A stretch of 63,433 bases of DNA, filler included, from Octopus bimaculoides (lineage: Eukaryota), in assembly GCF_001194135.2 (NCBI RefSeq). It is 3 parts of 2 records of this genome, joined end to end, with 100 filler letters (N's around TTAATTAATTAA, not from the genome) between each part and the next. Parts side by side here need not be neighbours in the genome. Positions count along the whole stretch, not along the records: positions 1 to 31,975 come from NC_068981.1; positions 32,076 to 54,319 come from NC_068982.1; 1 more part is not named here. The stretch is one strand, 5' to 3'. Within the stretch, counting starts at the first letter, position 1. Every line of letters begins with the position of its first letter. A program made the translations under genes and the position numbers. Below the pieces are notes generated by a model, which saw nothing but the letters and a program-made list of their open reading frames with translations, was not told the origin of the DNA and did no database searches. Positions 24,443-36,741 of the stretch are shown here, one piece after another.

Positions 24443-24472
24443 CTGCTATTTATATTTAAGGAGAATACGTCA
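24443..24472 (-). CDS. Candidate 30-nt exon (phase 2 to 2)
   Basis: Acceptor ttttatgttatggattcatag|, donor CAG|gtacga; the only open frame is DVFSLNINS. Confidence 0.15.
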
Positions 24473-24875
24473 CTATGAATCCATAACATAAAAAGCACAA
24501 ATATGAAGTTCAGTATCAAATTTGATATTTTAAATAGTAACGTATCGCCGATAAATTTTATTTTGAGTGGCTTGAATTTAGATTAGACACCAGAAAATAA
24601 TTTAGTGGGACTCAAAATTGTAAAATGATCATTACAATAAAGTCTTTTATGTCTGCATTTAATTAATACCATTGTGTTTTACATCATATTACAGTAACGT
24701 CACGCACTAGAAGTCAAACATAAAAGAAAGCTGTCTCTTTATATTGATTTTGGAACAGAGTATCTGATATTAATAATAAATGCATTATATTTCTATTTTG
24801 ATACTATCTAGTAATTTAATGGAGAAAATAAATTACATTTAAACAGCAGCCAGGTTTATTTGAAGTAAAAGGTAC

Positions 24876-24972
24876 CAAGATATATAGAATTTATTTTTCC
24901 TTAAATAGTGGCTAATAGAAACAATCTGCATCATGCAAATATTATTTTGAAGACTTCCAGCTATTATTAATC
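24876..24972 (-). CDS. Candidate 97-nt exon (phase 1 to 2)
   Basis: Acceptor cattgcttggttttag|, donor TTG|gtacct; open frame LIIAGSLQNNICMMQIVSISHYLRKNKFYIS. Confidence 0.15.
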
Positions 24973-26472
24973 CTAAAACCAAGCAATGCATTTCATTTCA
25001 AATTTTTCACCATCGTTTTTACTTTACGGATTTCTTTTCCTATTTTATATTTAAAATCTTTCTTCACTTGTATATATTTGGGGTTTTAGTCTCATTTCTA
25101 GATATAACAAATAATTTTCATCGAAAATCTTGATTAGTAAATGATGAAACCATTAATACAATTTCAACATGTTAATCTAAGGAATGAAGTTCTGGAGTAA
25201 TAAAATACATTCTGAATGCAAAACAGAAATATTTATGATTACTTGATACAGGCAATGCATTTCAAATGCTTGTCAGAGGCTTTTCCAAATATTGATTATC
25301 TCGCTTACCAGTAAATCTTCGACAACTTAAAGGAAGCCACACATAATAATATCAACAAATGGACAAAATGAAAGTCATGAAATATCTATTCGTTAAGTGT
25401 GGTACTATTAGAATAAACAACCAAACAAGGAAGCTCTTAAGATGTTCATATGGTTCTAGTGTTATTTAGACAAATATTTATTGTACACAAGACGAAGTTG
25501 TTATATATTTAACAGACATTTCTGCATAAAATTAGTAAATAAATATTTGAAGATATCAACATTAAAAATGACATGCGTAAGAGGGAACAGTTAAAATAAA
25601 CGGATTGTGTGGAGCAGTAATCAAACGGTAAAATTCTATTTGACTATCGAATTACAAAAGCTATAATGAGAAAAGTCAGCATTTGATGCTTCAAGATACA
25701 AATTATCTATAATTTCTGATGTGTAAAAGTTGTCGTTATCATATTCATGCTTTTATTGAAAGTATTAGCGCCATAAGTAAATAAAACTTTCAAAACCGAA
25801 TGCAAGTGTGATTTGACAATTATAATGCTCGAGGAGAGGCAATCGTCAGTGAAGAGATAAGTACATATGATGGATTATTACTTTCAAAGTTATTGTTTAG
25901 CTCCAAGTCAACGTTGCTCCAGCATACATACAATGAAATGTGTTTCCAGTGTAAAGATTCCGTCGTTTCGTATATACAATGTATCTAAGACGACATTATC
26001 CAATGTATTGATACTATTTTTGCGATTTTAGAAAGATTTTTCATTGCAATCCAAGCAACCGTAATATGACATTTTCTCTCGAGTGTTGTGTAGGTGTATT
26101 ATCAAACCAAAGCGTTATTAATATTGGATAACCAACGAAAAAGAATAGTGGTGAGTGGAGTACAATGAGGTATATGTAAGCTGATTGATAATACTTAAAA
26201 CCAGTAAGATTTTTAGAAATTTGAATTGAACTACAATAATACATATATACAGAGTGATACAAAAGTAGCGCCCAGTTCCTGTTTTAGGGTTGATGTGTAT
26301 GACTTCCCAATTGATAATACTTTTTACTCCTGACTCTTGTTTTATGGTCTGAGATATCCAAGAGTATTAATATAACATGATCCAAATTCAGTAACTTTCA
26401 AAACCGTCAGTAATAACCTGCAAAACATCTAATGCATGACGTCCCAGAAACTGGACACTACTTTTGACTTAC

Positions 26473-26523
26473 CATGTATTTTATTTGACTTGCAAGGATA
26501 ATGTGCATATAAAAAAGTTTCAT
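26473..26523 (-). CDS. Candidate 51-nt exon
   Basis: Consensus acceptor gtttttttctgtag| and donor ATG|gtaagt. Two open frames: (D)ETFLYAHYPCKSNKIH (phase 1-1) or MKLFYMHIILASQIKYM (phase 0-0). Confidence 0.3.
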
Positions 26524-29282
26524 CTACAGAAAAAAACTTTTGGGTAGGACTAATAACACAAAGTCATTTAACTATCTGTGCATATAAAGAAATGTTTTAC
26601 TCTAATTTAATCAAATGGAATTCACTCTCACTTAAATTGTATTAATAGAAAATTATATTCTTGATGAAATAGCACGCGTTAGTTTCTTCATTAGAGCCTT
26701 CGTTAGATCCTACTCTCATTTTACTCATTGAAATCGACAAAATGAAAGGGTCAGATTGACTAAGTACAGAAATGGTCAGTCTTCTTCACTTTATCACTTT
26801 ATTATCTGTAAACGCTTAATTGTATTCTTTATTCTGTTTTACACTAGTCAATCTAAACCTCATTTTTTAGTATTTTTTTATTTCTGTCTTTTGATTATAA
26901 TTGTATTTTGTGTGCCGCTATATCTATGGGTTTAGTTTTGTCTGTAAACTGCTGAAAACAACACACTGATTTGAGTGTGCATTTTCACACTGAGTGAAGT
27001 GCCAGTGGGATTTAACGAAGGACACAATCACCTGTGAAGGAGAATTTTACGCCTTGGATAATGATTACACAACATCTCTACACTGTTATGTGAAAATATG
27101 TTGAAACATGTGTAGTGATTTTTAAATAATGTTCATTCCATTTTCTGTTACTCTCTCTTCCTCTCTCCCTTTCTCCCCCTCTCTCTTTCTCTTCCTCTCT
27201 CTCTCTCACTCTACACACACTCACACACACATATATATGTGCATGTCATAGTTGTGGTTATTTTGAACATGTGCATTCAATGTTCCAAGAACAATTCACC
27301 TCGATCACCCATTGCAGAGGCTCCTGACAACCACAACAATGAAGCGTACGTAGGGAACAATTGATACATACATGTGTAGTATAATATTCAATATATATAT
27401 ATATATATATATATATANNNNNNNNNNNNNNNNNNNNNNNNNNNNNNNNNNNNNNNNNNNNNNNNNNNNNNNNNNNNNNNNNNNNNNNNNNNNNNNNNNN
27501 NNNNNNNNNNNNNNNNNNNNNNNNNNNNNNNNNNNNNNNNNNNNNNNNNNNNNNNNNNNNNNNNNNNNNNNNNNNNNNNNNNNNNNNNNNNNNNNNNNNN
27601 NNNNNNNNNNNNNNNNNNNNNNNNNNNNNNNNNNNNNNNNNNNNNNNNNNNNNNNNNNNNNNNNNNNNNNNNNNNNNNNNNNNNNNNNNNNNNNNNNNNN
27701 NNNNNNNNNNNNNNNNNNNNNNNNNNNNNNNNNNNNNNNNNNNNNNNNNNNNNNNNNNNNNNNNNNNNNNNNNNNNNNNNNNNNNNNNNNATAATTTTTG
27801 ATATAACAATATTTAAGAATCATCAATAATTATAACTTTAAAATGTTTATATATCTAAACATTGTCCTCAGATAAGTCAAATAAGTTATTTCGTAAATCA
27901 AGACTAACATACACTTATTTTTCCCAAAGATATTTAACACTATACAGATTATTGCGTCTTTTAAAGTTATAACTGTTGATGGTTCTTAAATATTGTTATA
28001 TTGAAACACGTATATTTACGTAGAATAACTGCTTTTTTTTAATATATTTTTGGGCCCTTTTGTTGGTTGGGGCGGTTTCATATATACTCTTATAAGTGTA
28101 TTTTTTCCTCTTTTAATTTGCATTACTTTTCCAAATGTAAAACATTTCCAAATGTAAAACAAACCAAACATCGTGTAGGGTTGCAACCCTATTTAACTTT
28201 CCATTGTCTCCGTTCTTAATTTTTTATTTTTTAATCTTATTTTTAATTGTTTAATATTACATATATGGACATGTATATATGTGTGCGTGCATGTATGCGG
28301 ATGTAAACATGTGTATGCGTGTGTGAATACATGTGTATGTATGTATGTATGTGTGTATATGTGCACGAGTGTATGTGTATGCACATATCTATGGGGGGGT
28401 GCGTGTGCGCATATATATATATATGCGTATGTATATATATATATATAAATATATATGCATATATGCCTATGGGTTTAAGTACATAAGTATGCTGGCCTAT
28501 ATAATAGTGCACATGCACACGTCTATCTATATGTATGTGCGTGCGTGTGTATGTCAATATACACTTCGTTCTTTCTCCCTAAGATTCCTCAGGCCCCCAC
28601 TGTCACATTAGCAGTCTATCGAAAGCCTCCGTCTATTTTCAGAAACTTGACCACTATATCTTATTATTCTTCCCTTCCTTTTTGAGGCTTACTACTCGCT
28701 TTAGTAAACCACCCCTCTGTACCATTTTCTGTATTCAAACATATCATGTCACCACCCACTCCCCACTCATATTCCTTCCTTACATTTTTATCTCTTCCTA
28801 TCCCTCCCTTCCTCCGCTCCTATCCCCCTCCGTAATATCTTGACCATCAACTGACATTCATTTTCATTTTCTCTTTCTCTCTCTTTCTTCTTTCCTCACC
28901 TAATCATTTTAACATATACATCTTCTCTCTTCTCTATCTATTTAATACTACCACTACATTTCCAGAATTTCATTCACACCACAATACCCCTTGAATGAAC
29001 AGCACATGGAATCTACGTCCCCACACTTTCCATTTGTAATAACAAAATATGAACTCCTACCTATCGGAATTTACATACCATGGACAAGAAGCATTTCTAC
29101 CACTTCTACACATCACTTCCCTCGGATAATGGAACTGCAACTATAACATCCTACATATATTTTTATATTTTTATTTTTACTTTTATTCTCTTATTACTCT
29201 TTATACTTCTTATTTCCACCCTTTTCCAAAATAACTCATTATAATTAACTCTACTATTTCTCTCTATTTAACCATCTCATAT

Positions 29283-29332
29283 TGTCTCTGATGAAGGGAT
29301 ATCCCTAACATCCCTGAAACAACTGTAAGACA
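29283..29332 (+). ncRNA. Minimal type-I hammerhead ribozyme (PLE pLTR type)
   Basis: ugucu CUGAUGA AGGGAU-9nt-AUCCCU GAAA C-aacu-G UA agaca. Core 29288-29294, GAAA 29316-29319, GUA 29325-29327, 5-bp helix I, 6-bp helix II. Confidence 0.85.
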
Positions 29333-29593
29333 TCTCTTTATAAATGTCCTGAAAATTCCTTCGCTTTGTTGGCTCATTTTATTTAACATATACATGCTCA
29401 TACAAGACCCGCATTAGATTCCTCACTCGTATTATTATCGAACCGAGAGTTTAACTACTGTCCTTCTATAGCACTTACATGGCATTACCTGCCACCGTGG
29501 GGCTTCTGAATACCAATACCTCTCATACCTTCGCTATATATATATATATATATATATNNNNNNNNNNNNNNNNNNNNNNNNNNNNNNNNNNTA

Positions 29594-29656
29594 TATATTT
29601 ATATAAAGGGCGTGGCGTTATTATTTTTCTGTAATAATGCCCTTTATATAAATATA
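29594..29656. repeat. Inverted repeat next to an assembly gap
   Basis: tatatttatataaagggc ... gccctttatataaatata, with inner ttatta/taataa pairing. Confidence 0.8.
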
Positions 29657-30238
29657 AACGAATAATTATATTCTTGGGAATAGAAATTTCCCTTATGAAT
29701 TTTTTTACACACTGGCTTCTTGATAAAATTCTTGTAAAAGAGTTTTATCCTTTTTTGAATTTTATCCTTTTTGAATATATATATGAGGTAAGTATAGTTA
29801 GCGGTTGGAATAACCGTTATGGGGTAAGAATATCCGTTATTTTATTTTATTATTATTTATACACCCTGGTACCGCTAAATAAAGATTAACCCACCAGTTA
29901 CTTTCTAGTTTATTTATTTGCTCATCGACTTCAAGCATTACACTGCAAAATGATATGATTCTAATTTATTAAGCTTTCTTTCCTAATCTCGAGGCCCTGT
30001 TCTTTCCTCTTTCCTTTTCTCTTATTTTATGTAATTTTTCTTGACTCTGATGAAGTTCTATGTGCCAGATCAGATGTGCTATAAAATATGACGACTCATA
30101 ATTTTCCTTGACAGCGCCGACTGACATAGGTAGCAAAAACGGTTGTTAGCAATGTTAAAGTTTTGTATTGAAAAAATAATAACTGATGGTAGTCAATTTG
30201 TTTGTTGATCTAAAATTTTCTCTATTTTCTGCTTAATT

Positions 30239-30271
<33 letters not shown>

Positions 30272-30382
30272 ATGTGTGTATGTATGTATGTATGTATGTA
30301 TGCATGTATAGTTCCAGTAGCTGAGTTTTTGACGTCCCTTTTGTCCACAGATCGTCGCGCGTCCAGTAATATACTACACATA

Positions 30383-30760
30383 CAGGGTGTTCAATTTAAA
30401 ATTTGACTCAGCTGTATTTATTAATAGTTATAAAGAATGGGAAATATTATGGACAAACCTACTTTTATTGAAATACTCATTTAAAAGTTACAACGTCAAA
30501 CTGGTTACAAAAGGTGTTGAAATTGTTAGCCGCCACGTTGTAGACGTAAGTCAACACGACGGCGTTTGCTCTGGAACACATTAATCAATACTTTACGTGG
30601 GATATTTTGGACAATATCAGTATTATCCGTACACAGTTCATCAAGTGTGCGGAAAACACTCGGTGTACGGAAAACACTCGGCAATGAGAGCCCAGGAATG
30701 AGAACCCAGTTTCGAAATTTCCCCAAGGCACATGATGAAGGCTGGAGGGAATATCAGCCG
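30383..30760 (-). mobile_element. Tc1/mariner-superfamily 3' end with TIR
   Basis: TA|CAGGGTGTTCAA TIR at 30381; minus strand RTLDELCTD..IVQNIPRKVLINVFQSKRRRVDLRLQRGG*QFQHLL* matches the Tc1/maT-type C-terminus. Confidence 0.7.
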
Positions 30761-30849
30761 AAATGTTGTCTTAACAACAAACAAGATGAGGAAAAATATC
30801 CGTCAATTGTAAATAATGTAAATAATGTAAATAATTTCATTTTGTCTTG

Positions 30850-31630
30850 TGAGTTCGGGGCTATTCAGGTCACCTCCTTCTAGGTGCTTCTTGCATAAAC
30901 AGTTCTCAATATAAAGTTCCTTTCTTTCTGCCACAATAACCAAACGCTCTCTTTTGTTTCTCTATCCTGGTCCAAACATACCAACATATTTTTTTCCTGT
31001 CGCCCTTTTCACGTCTTTGCCTTGAAACCTCCCATCACTATAGTGAAAGTGGGTTTGTGAGGCAGCACAATTTTTCCACTTCGTCGTCTTCACTCACATT
31101 TGTGAGAGCATAGGTCTAAATGGTATTTCTTGAGAGCCAAAAGTTTAGCTCTCTGATGTGTGATGAAGGCATGTGACAAAAAACAATTTCCGAAGCCCAT
31201 TCTTTGCTTGCAATAAACCCTATGCCATTTGTTGCTCTTGCACCTTCTTCTTTTGCCACTCTCACGACACTTCCATTTGTCTATCTCGCATTTATTTATT
31301 TTCTTCGACGTATTTCACAGAGACCTAGAACATCGCATTTGATTTCCATTTTCTCTTCCATTGTGGTTCTCTCTGAAAGCCCTACACTTTTTAATACATA
31401 TGGCAAAGGTTGTTCTCCGATTCCTTGGCGGCCTATGGGTACCTGAGATACGTATTTCGCTTTGCTTCAATGGGTTGGTCCAACTGACCTGCAGGATACT
31501 AAACTCATTTCCTCGCATCGTTTTAACTTCCACAATGAAGTGATCCCGCTGGCTAGGCGGGCAGGTCATTTAATAACTTTTCAGTTTACCAAGTTTCCAA
31601 CCTCTAACGAAGAAACCGTGAGCTCACTTC
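30850..31630 (-). mobile_element. RTE-like LINE 5' region / APE endonuclease remnant
   Basis: Minus strand ...VRVAKEEGARATNGIGFIASKEWASEI (GVGF motif) and LEGGDLNS (GDFN-like motif). Confidence 0.55.
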
Positions 31631-31721
31631 TCTAAGGTAGACCTTCCGTGGGGTCAATATTCCGGTTTGTGTATACATATCTACATGTATGTATATTCCT
31701 ACTTCTCTGTACGTCTCTTCA

Positions 31722-31975
31722 CCTCTCTTCACTCCTACTTCTCTTCACTCCTACCTCTCTTCATTCCTACTTCTCTTCATTCCTACTTCTCCTCACTCCT
31801 ACTTCTCTTCCTACTTCTCTTCATTCCTATTGCACTTCACTCCCACTTCTCTTCATCCCTACTCTTTCTCTCCTCTCTCTTACTCTCTCTCACTCTCTTC
31901 TCTCTTACTCTCCCCTCTCTCAATCTTACTCTCTTACTCTCTCACCCTTACTCTCTTACTCTCTCTCACTCTCTT
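31722..31975. repeat. 16-bp minisatellite (cttctcttcactccta)n decaying into a CT-rich tract
   Basis: Directly visible. Confidence 0.85.
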
Positions 31976-32019
31976 NNNNNNNNNNNNNNNNNNNNNNNNN
32001 NNNNNNNNNNNNNNNNNNN

Positions 32020-32031
32020 TTAATTAATTAA
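32020..32031. other. Assembly spacer TTAATTAATTAA between N runs (also 54364-54375)
   Basis: Identical 12-mer with stops in all six frames, isolated between N runs at two places. Confidence 0.9.
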
Positions 32032-32424
32032 NNNNNNNNNNNNNNNNNNNNNNNNNNNNNNNNNNNNNNNNNNNNGTTTATAAATGGAAAGTTTTCAAAA
32101 GTTTTACACAATACTTTAAATGCGCCGTGATTACTGATGATAATTTTGGAAACACACGGATAAAACATGCTGTGGATGTCAGATGAAACACGTTTGTGTA
32201 ATAAGTGTACTTATGCGCATACATAAATGCATACATAGACATGCAATGACATACTAGACGATGCATACATACACACTCACACAGGTACATACATTCATAG
32301 GTGTACTTACACACATGATTACAGTTATAAGGACACTCTGAGACATGCCTCTATACGTAAACACATACCTGCACTCATAGCTACATACATACACACATAG
32401 ATACATACATACATACATACATAC

Positions 32425-33070
32425 ATACATGTTGGGCATCCACTCGTGACCGAAGAAGACCATTGCTGACCTTCATGAACATTGTACGCTCTAGGACTAA
32501 CTTATATTTTGCTTTTGCGGCTCTGTTGGTGGCTAATGGGCCCTGCTCTTGACAAACATACACGTCTGGAAACATTGCAGACTTAGCTTTCCCTATTCAC
32601 TACACGAGCAGTGCGTTTTCGAGCAGCACCCTTGAGTTCTTCATGCACAATATGTGCTCTCTCAAAGGTGTCGACCCCCTCATTAACCTGCTTCCTCCAT
32701 CCGTGGCGACGATGGGCATGGCTCTCCTAGTCAGTCTCCTGCATATCATAGGCCTTTAATGAGGATTTGACACAGTTCTCAAATCGCAGTCTTGGTTTCT
32801 CTCGGGGTCTCTTTCCACTAACAAGTTCCCCATATAGCATCTGCTTAGGGATCCTCATTCCCTTCATTCTAATAAGGTGCCCAGTCCAACGTAACCGGTG
32901 TTTGTGCACCATCGCCTCACTACGCAAAATATCAGCTGTCCTCAGGACCTGTGTGTCTGGAGTTTTTAAGGTCCAGCCAACATTTAAAGAATGCGTCTGA
33001 TGAAAGCGTTCAAAGACCCTTACATGACATTTGTAAAGGGTCCATGTCTCACATGAGTAAAGGATCGATG
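32425..33070 (-). mobile_element. RTE (BovB-like) LINE 3' end with (ATGT)n tail
   Basis: VLTSILYSCETWTLY...FERFHQ...RLRWTGHLIRM...RIPKQMLYGELVSGKRPREKPRLRF; tail repeat at 32395-32430. Confidence 0.9.
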
Positions 33071-33759
33071 TCAGTACATACATTCATACATACACACATA
33101 CATGCACACACACATGCATACATACATGCTTACATATATACATATATATATGTANNNNNNNNNNNNNNNNNNNNNNNNNNNNNNNNNNNNNNNNNNNNNN
33201 NNNNNNNNNNNNNNNNNNNNNNNNNNNNNNNNNNNNNNNNNNNNNNNNNNNNNNNNNNNNNNNNNNNNNNNNNNNNNNNNNNNNNNNNNNNNNNNNNNNN
33301 NNNNNNNNNNNNNNNNNNNNNNNNNNNNNNNNNNNNNNNNNNNNNNNNNNNNNNNNNNNNNNNNNNNNNNNNNNNNNNNNNNNNNNNNNNNNNNNNNNNN
33401 NNNNNNNNNNNNNNNNNNNNNNNNNNNNNNNNNNNNNNNNNNNNNNNNNNNNNNNNNNNNNNNNNNNNNNNNNNNNNNNNNNNNNNNNNNNNNNNNNNNN
33501 NNNNNNNNNNNNNNNNNNNNNNNNNNNNNNNNNNNNNNNNNNNNNNNNNNNNNNNNNNNNNNNNNNNNNNNNNNNNNNNNNNNNNNNNNNNNNNNNNNNN
33601 NNNNNNNNNNNNNNNNNNNNNNNNNNNNNNNNNNNNNNNNNNNNNNNNNNNNNNNNNNNNNNNNNNNNNNNNNNNNNNNNNNNNNNNNNNNNNNNNNNNN
33701 NNNNNNNNNNNNNNNNNNNNNNNNNNNNNNNNNNNNNNNNNNNNNNNNNNNNNNNNNNN

Positions 33760-33889
33760 ATTCAGAAATAGCAGTCAAAGAACTACTGATTTCAAAACTA
33801 CAAATTATTACTCCAGATTGATATCGATCAATCTGGAGTAATAATTTGTAGTTTTGAAATCAGTAGTTCTTTGACTGCTATTTCTGAAT
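33760..33889. repeat. Perfect palindrome (63-bp arms visible, 4-nt loop) abutting a gap
   Basis: 33760-33822 is the reverse complement of 33827-33889; loop atcg. Confidence 0.9.
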
Positions 33890-34040
33890 TCTCAGTATGT
33901 TGGAGAAGCAGGTTACTGTCAATCCCTATATATTTATGATTATAAATGATTTTTACCGAAAAGGTTTTTTCATACTGAGTTACCCGGCAAAATTGTTAAT
34001 TATTAATTTTATTACTAATTGACGATTCCCTGCCCTGCAT

Positions 34041-34106
<66 letters not shown>

Positions 34107-34458
34107 GGATGGATAGATAGATGCTTGAGTACACGCTTATAAATAAGGCCATACATACCAACGCCTCCCCAACACCCACCCACACACACAAATAAGCATA
34201 AGCACATACAAACATATAAGCAATGTATAACATAACGGTACACTTATAAGATGATACTAATCATAAATGCAAGTCTGTGGAGAAGAAATAGAAACTAAAT
34301 ATTCCAACTACAAAAAAATGCACAGTAAATAAAAATACATGTAAATAATAATAAAATTCATATAAACACATATATATGTGTGCATGTGTGTGTGCGCGTG
34401 TGTGTGTCTGTGTTTGTGTGTGTATGTGTTTGTGTGTGTATGTTTGTGTGTGTGTGTG

Positions 34459-34530
<72 letters not shown>

Positions 34531-34855
34531 TTAATGCATATGTAATAAAGTATATAAAGAGAGAGTAGGAGTAGTGAGAAAGAGAAAGAAGTGAAATGCA
34601 ATAATCTTCGTAACCATGGTCAGTGGGAGATGTGCAAAGGTAATACTCAAACAGACGTTAGTTGTATAAAAACATTTAGACATCGCCGGTGTTAAAACGT
34701 GGGTAGCTGAAGAAGTAGAATGTTCTCTATGTGGCTCGTGTGTTCTCGTCTACGTTTGTTTGCAATGTCCTGTACCCAGATATGCACCTATACATACAGG
34801 TGGATGTCGGTATGCACATACCTGTACGTATATATGCATATACTCATTTACTTTT

Positions 34856-34889
<34 letters not shown>

Positions 34890-35028
34890 GTGTGGGGGGG
34901 GGNNNNNNNNNNNNNNNNNNNNNNNNNNNNNNNNNNNNNNNNNNNNNNNNNNNNNNNNNNNNGGGGGGGGGGTCCGCATATGCAACCATAATATGAACAG
35001 ACGTATTAGCGTATAGGTAAATAAACTA

Positions 35029-35089
<61 letters not shown>

Positions 35090-35525
35090 CAAAGAGACAG
35101 ACAGACGGACGGAAAACTGAGAATCAGATAAATAGAGAGAGAATGATGTATATATGTATACAGACATATAGACACACATAAGCACATGTGTGTGTGAGTG
35201 TGTGTGTGTGTGTGTGTGTATTGGTGTGTATGTGTGTATGTGTTACGTTTATACCAACGTTTTTATAATGGTGTAAATTACACAGTTGAAGATTTGTTCT
35301 TTTATGTTCAGGGAATTAGTGAATAGGCAAATAAAGATCGATAATATAAGTACCACACAATCTACTAGGGTCTATATATTGTTGACTAAACGTTTGGTAT
35401 GGTTGATTAAATCCTATGACCGTTGCCCAGTGACTGAAACGAAAAACAGAATTACAAAATGTCAATACACACCTTTCACATATATTATATTGCCAGCTTA
35501 ATTTTCGTAATTGATAATAGTTAAC

Positions 35526-35999
<474 letters not shown>

Positions 36000-36333
36000 T
36001 CTTCCAAATTCATTTCACTGTAACCTTTCTGCTCAGAAGTTAAGTTGCTACTTTTAAATCTCTTACAGTAATTACATGTCTTTATTTACCATTATTTAGT
36101 TTCGATAGGAGAGCATTGCCCATGATCTGAGAAGATAAAAAAAAACATTCCAGCAACCAGGAGCCGACAGGCGGAATTCAGTGGGCTTCTATGCAATCGT
36201 TTAAACAGCCAAATCTCTCTTAAATCATGCATAATGTCGGCCCTAAAACTAGATGAATAAAAAACGATATTGGGATCGTCACGGCCGGAAAACCTTTGAT
36301 CATGAGGTCTGCTCAGTCATTGTTTATTTAAGT

Positions 36334-36563
36334 CAGTGTTTCTCAATTATTTTTGCCTATGGATACCCTCTGATTCCTATTTTACTTGTGTGGACCCCCA
36401 TAGCCATTTGTTGATTAAAAATCCTATTATATTTTTATTATTAAAAACTGTTCAAAATAAATTGAAATTGTAGAAGCATAATCAATATATTGTACATAAA
36501 TTTTTACAACGAAATCTTATGCGGGCCCCTAAGGGTCATATGAACCCCGGTTGAGAACCATTG
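36334..36563. mobile_element. hAT (Charlie-like) MITE
   Basis: TIRs CAGTGTTTCTCAA / TTGAGAACCATTG; imperfect 8-bp flanks atttaagt / atttagga. Confidence 0.75.
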
Positions 36564-36741
36564 ATTTAGGATAATAGAAATCAACAGTAACAGCCATAAC
36601 AGTGCCAGATAATAGTTATTTTACTATTATGGAAGGACCTCTAAAAGTCATGAGTTCTACCACTTTTTCTCTGACTAAATACTTAATAAATTAACTGAGC
36701 AGTTCATAGATATTAGCTAGGTGAATAGATCAATATAGCAT

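Noticed and set aside
30047-30100. CTGATGA hammerhead-like start (also 58581-58587, and on the minus strand near 38245 and 53985)
   Set aside because: No matching stem II-GAAA-NUH with a closing helix I.
32020-32031. Palindromic TTAATTAATTAA islands in N runs (also 54364-54375)
   Set aside because: Identical six-frame-stop spacer between gaps; an assembly artefact, not biology.
33891-33979. 9-bp inverted repeat with ATGATTA/CTGA, C/D-snoRNA-like
   Set aside because: Box spacing (about 40 nt) is too short and the stem does not flank the boxes.
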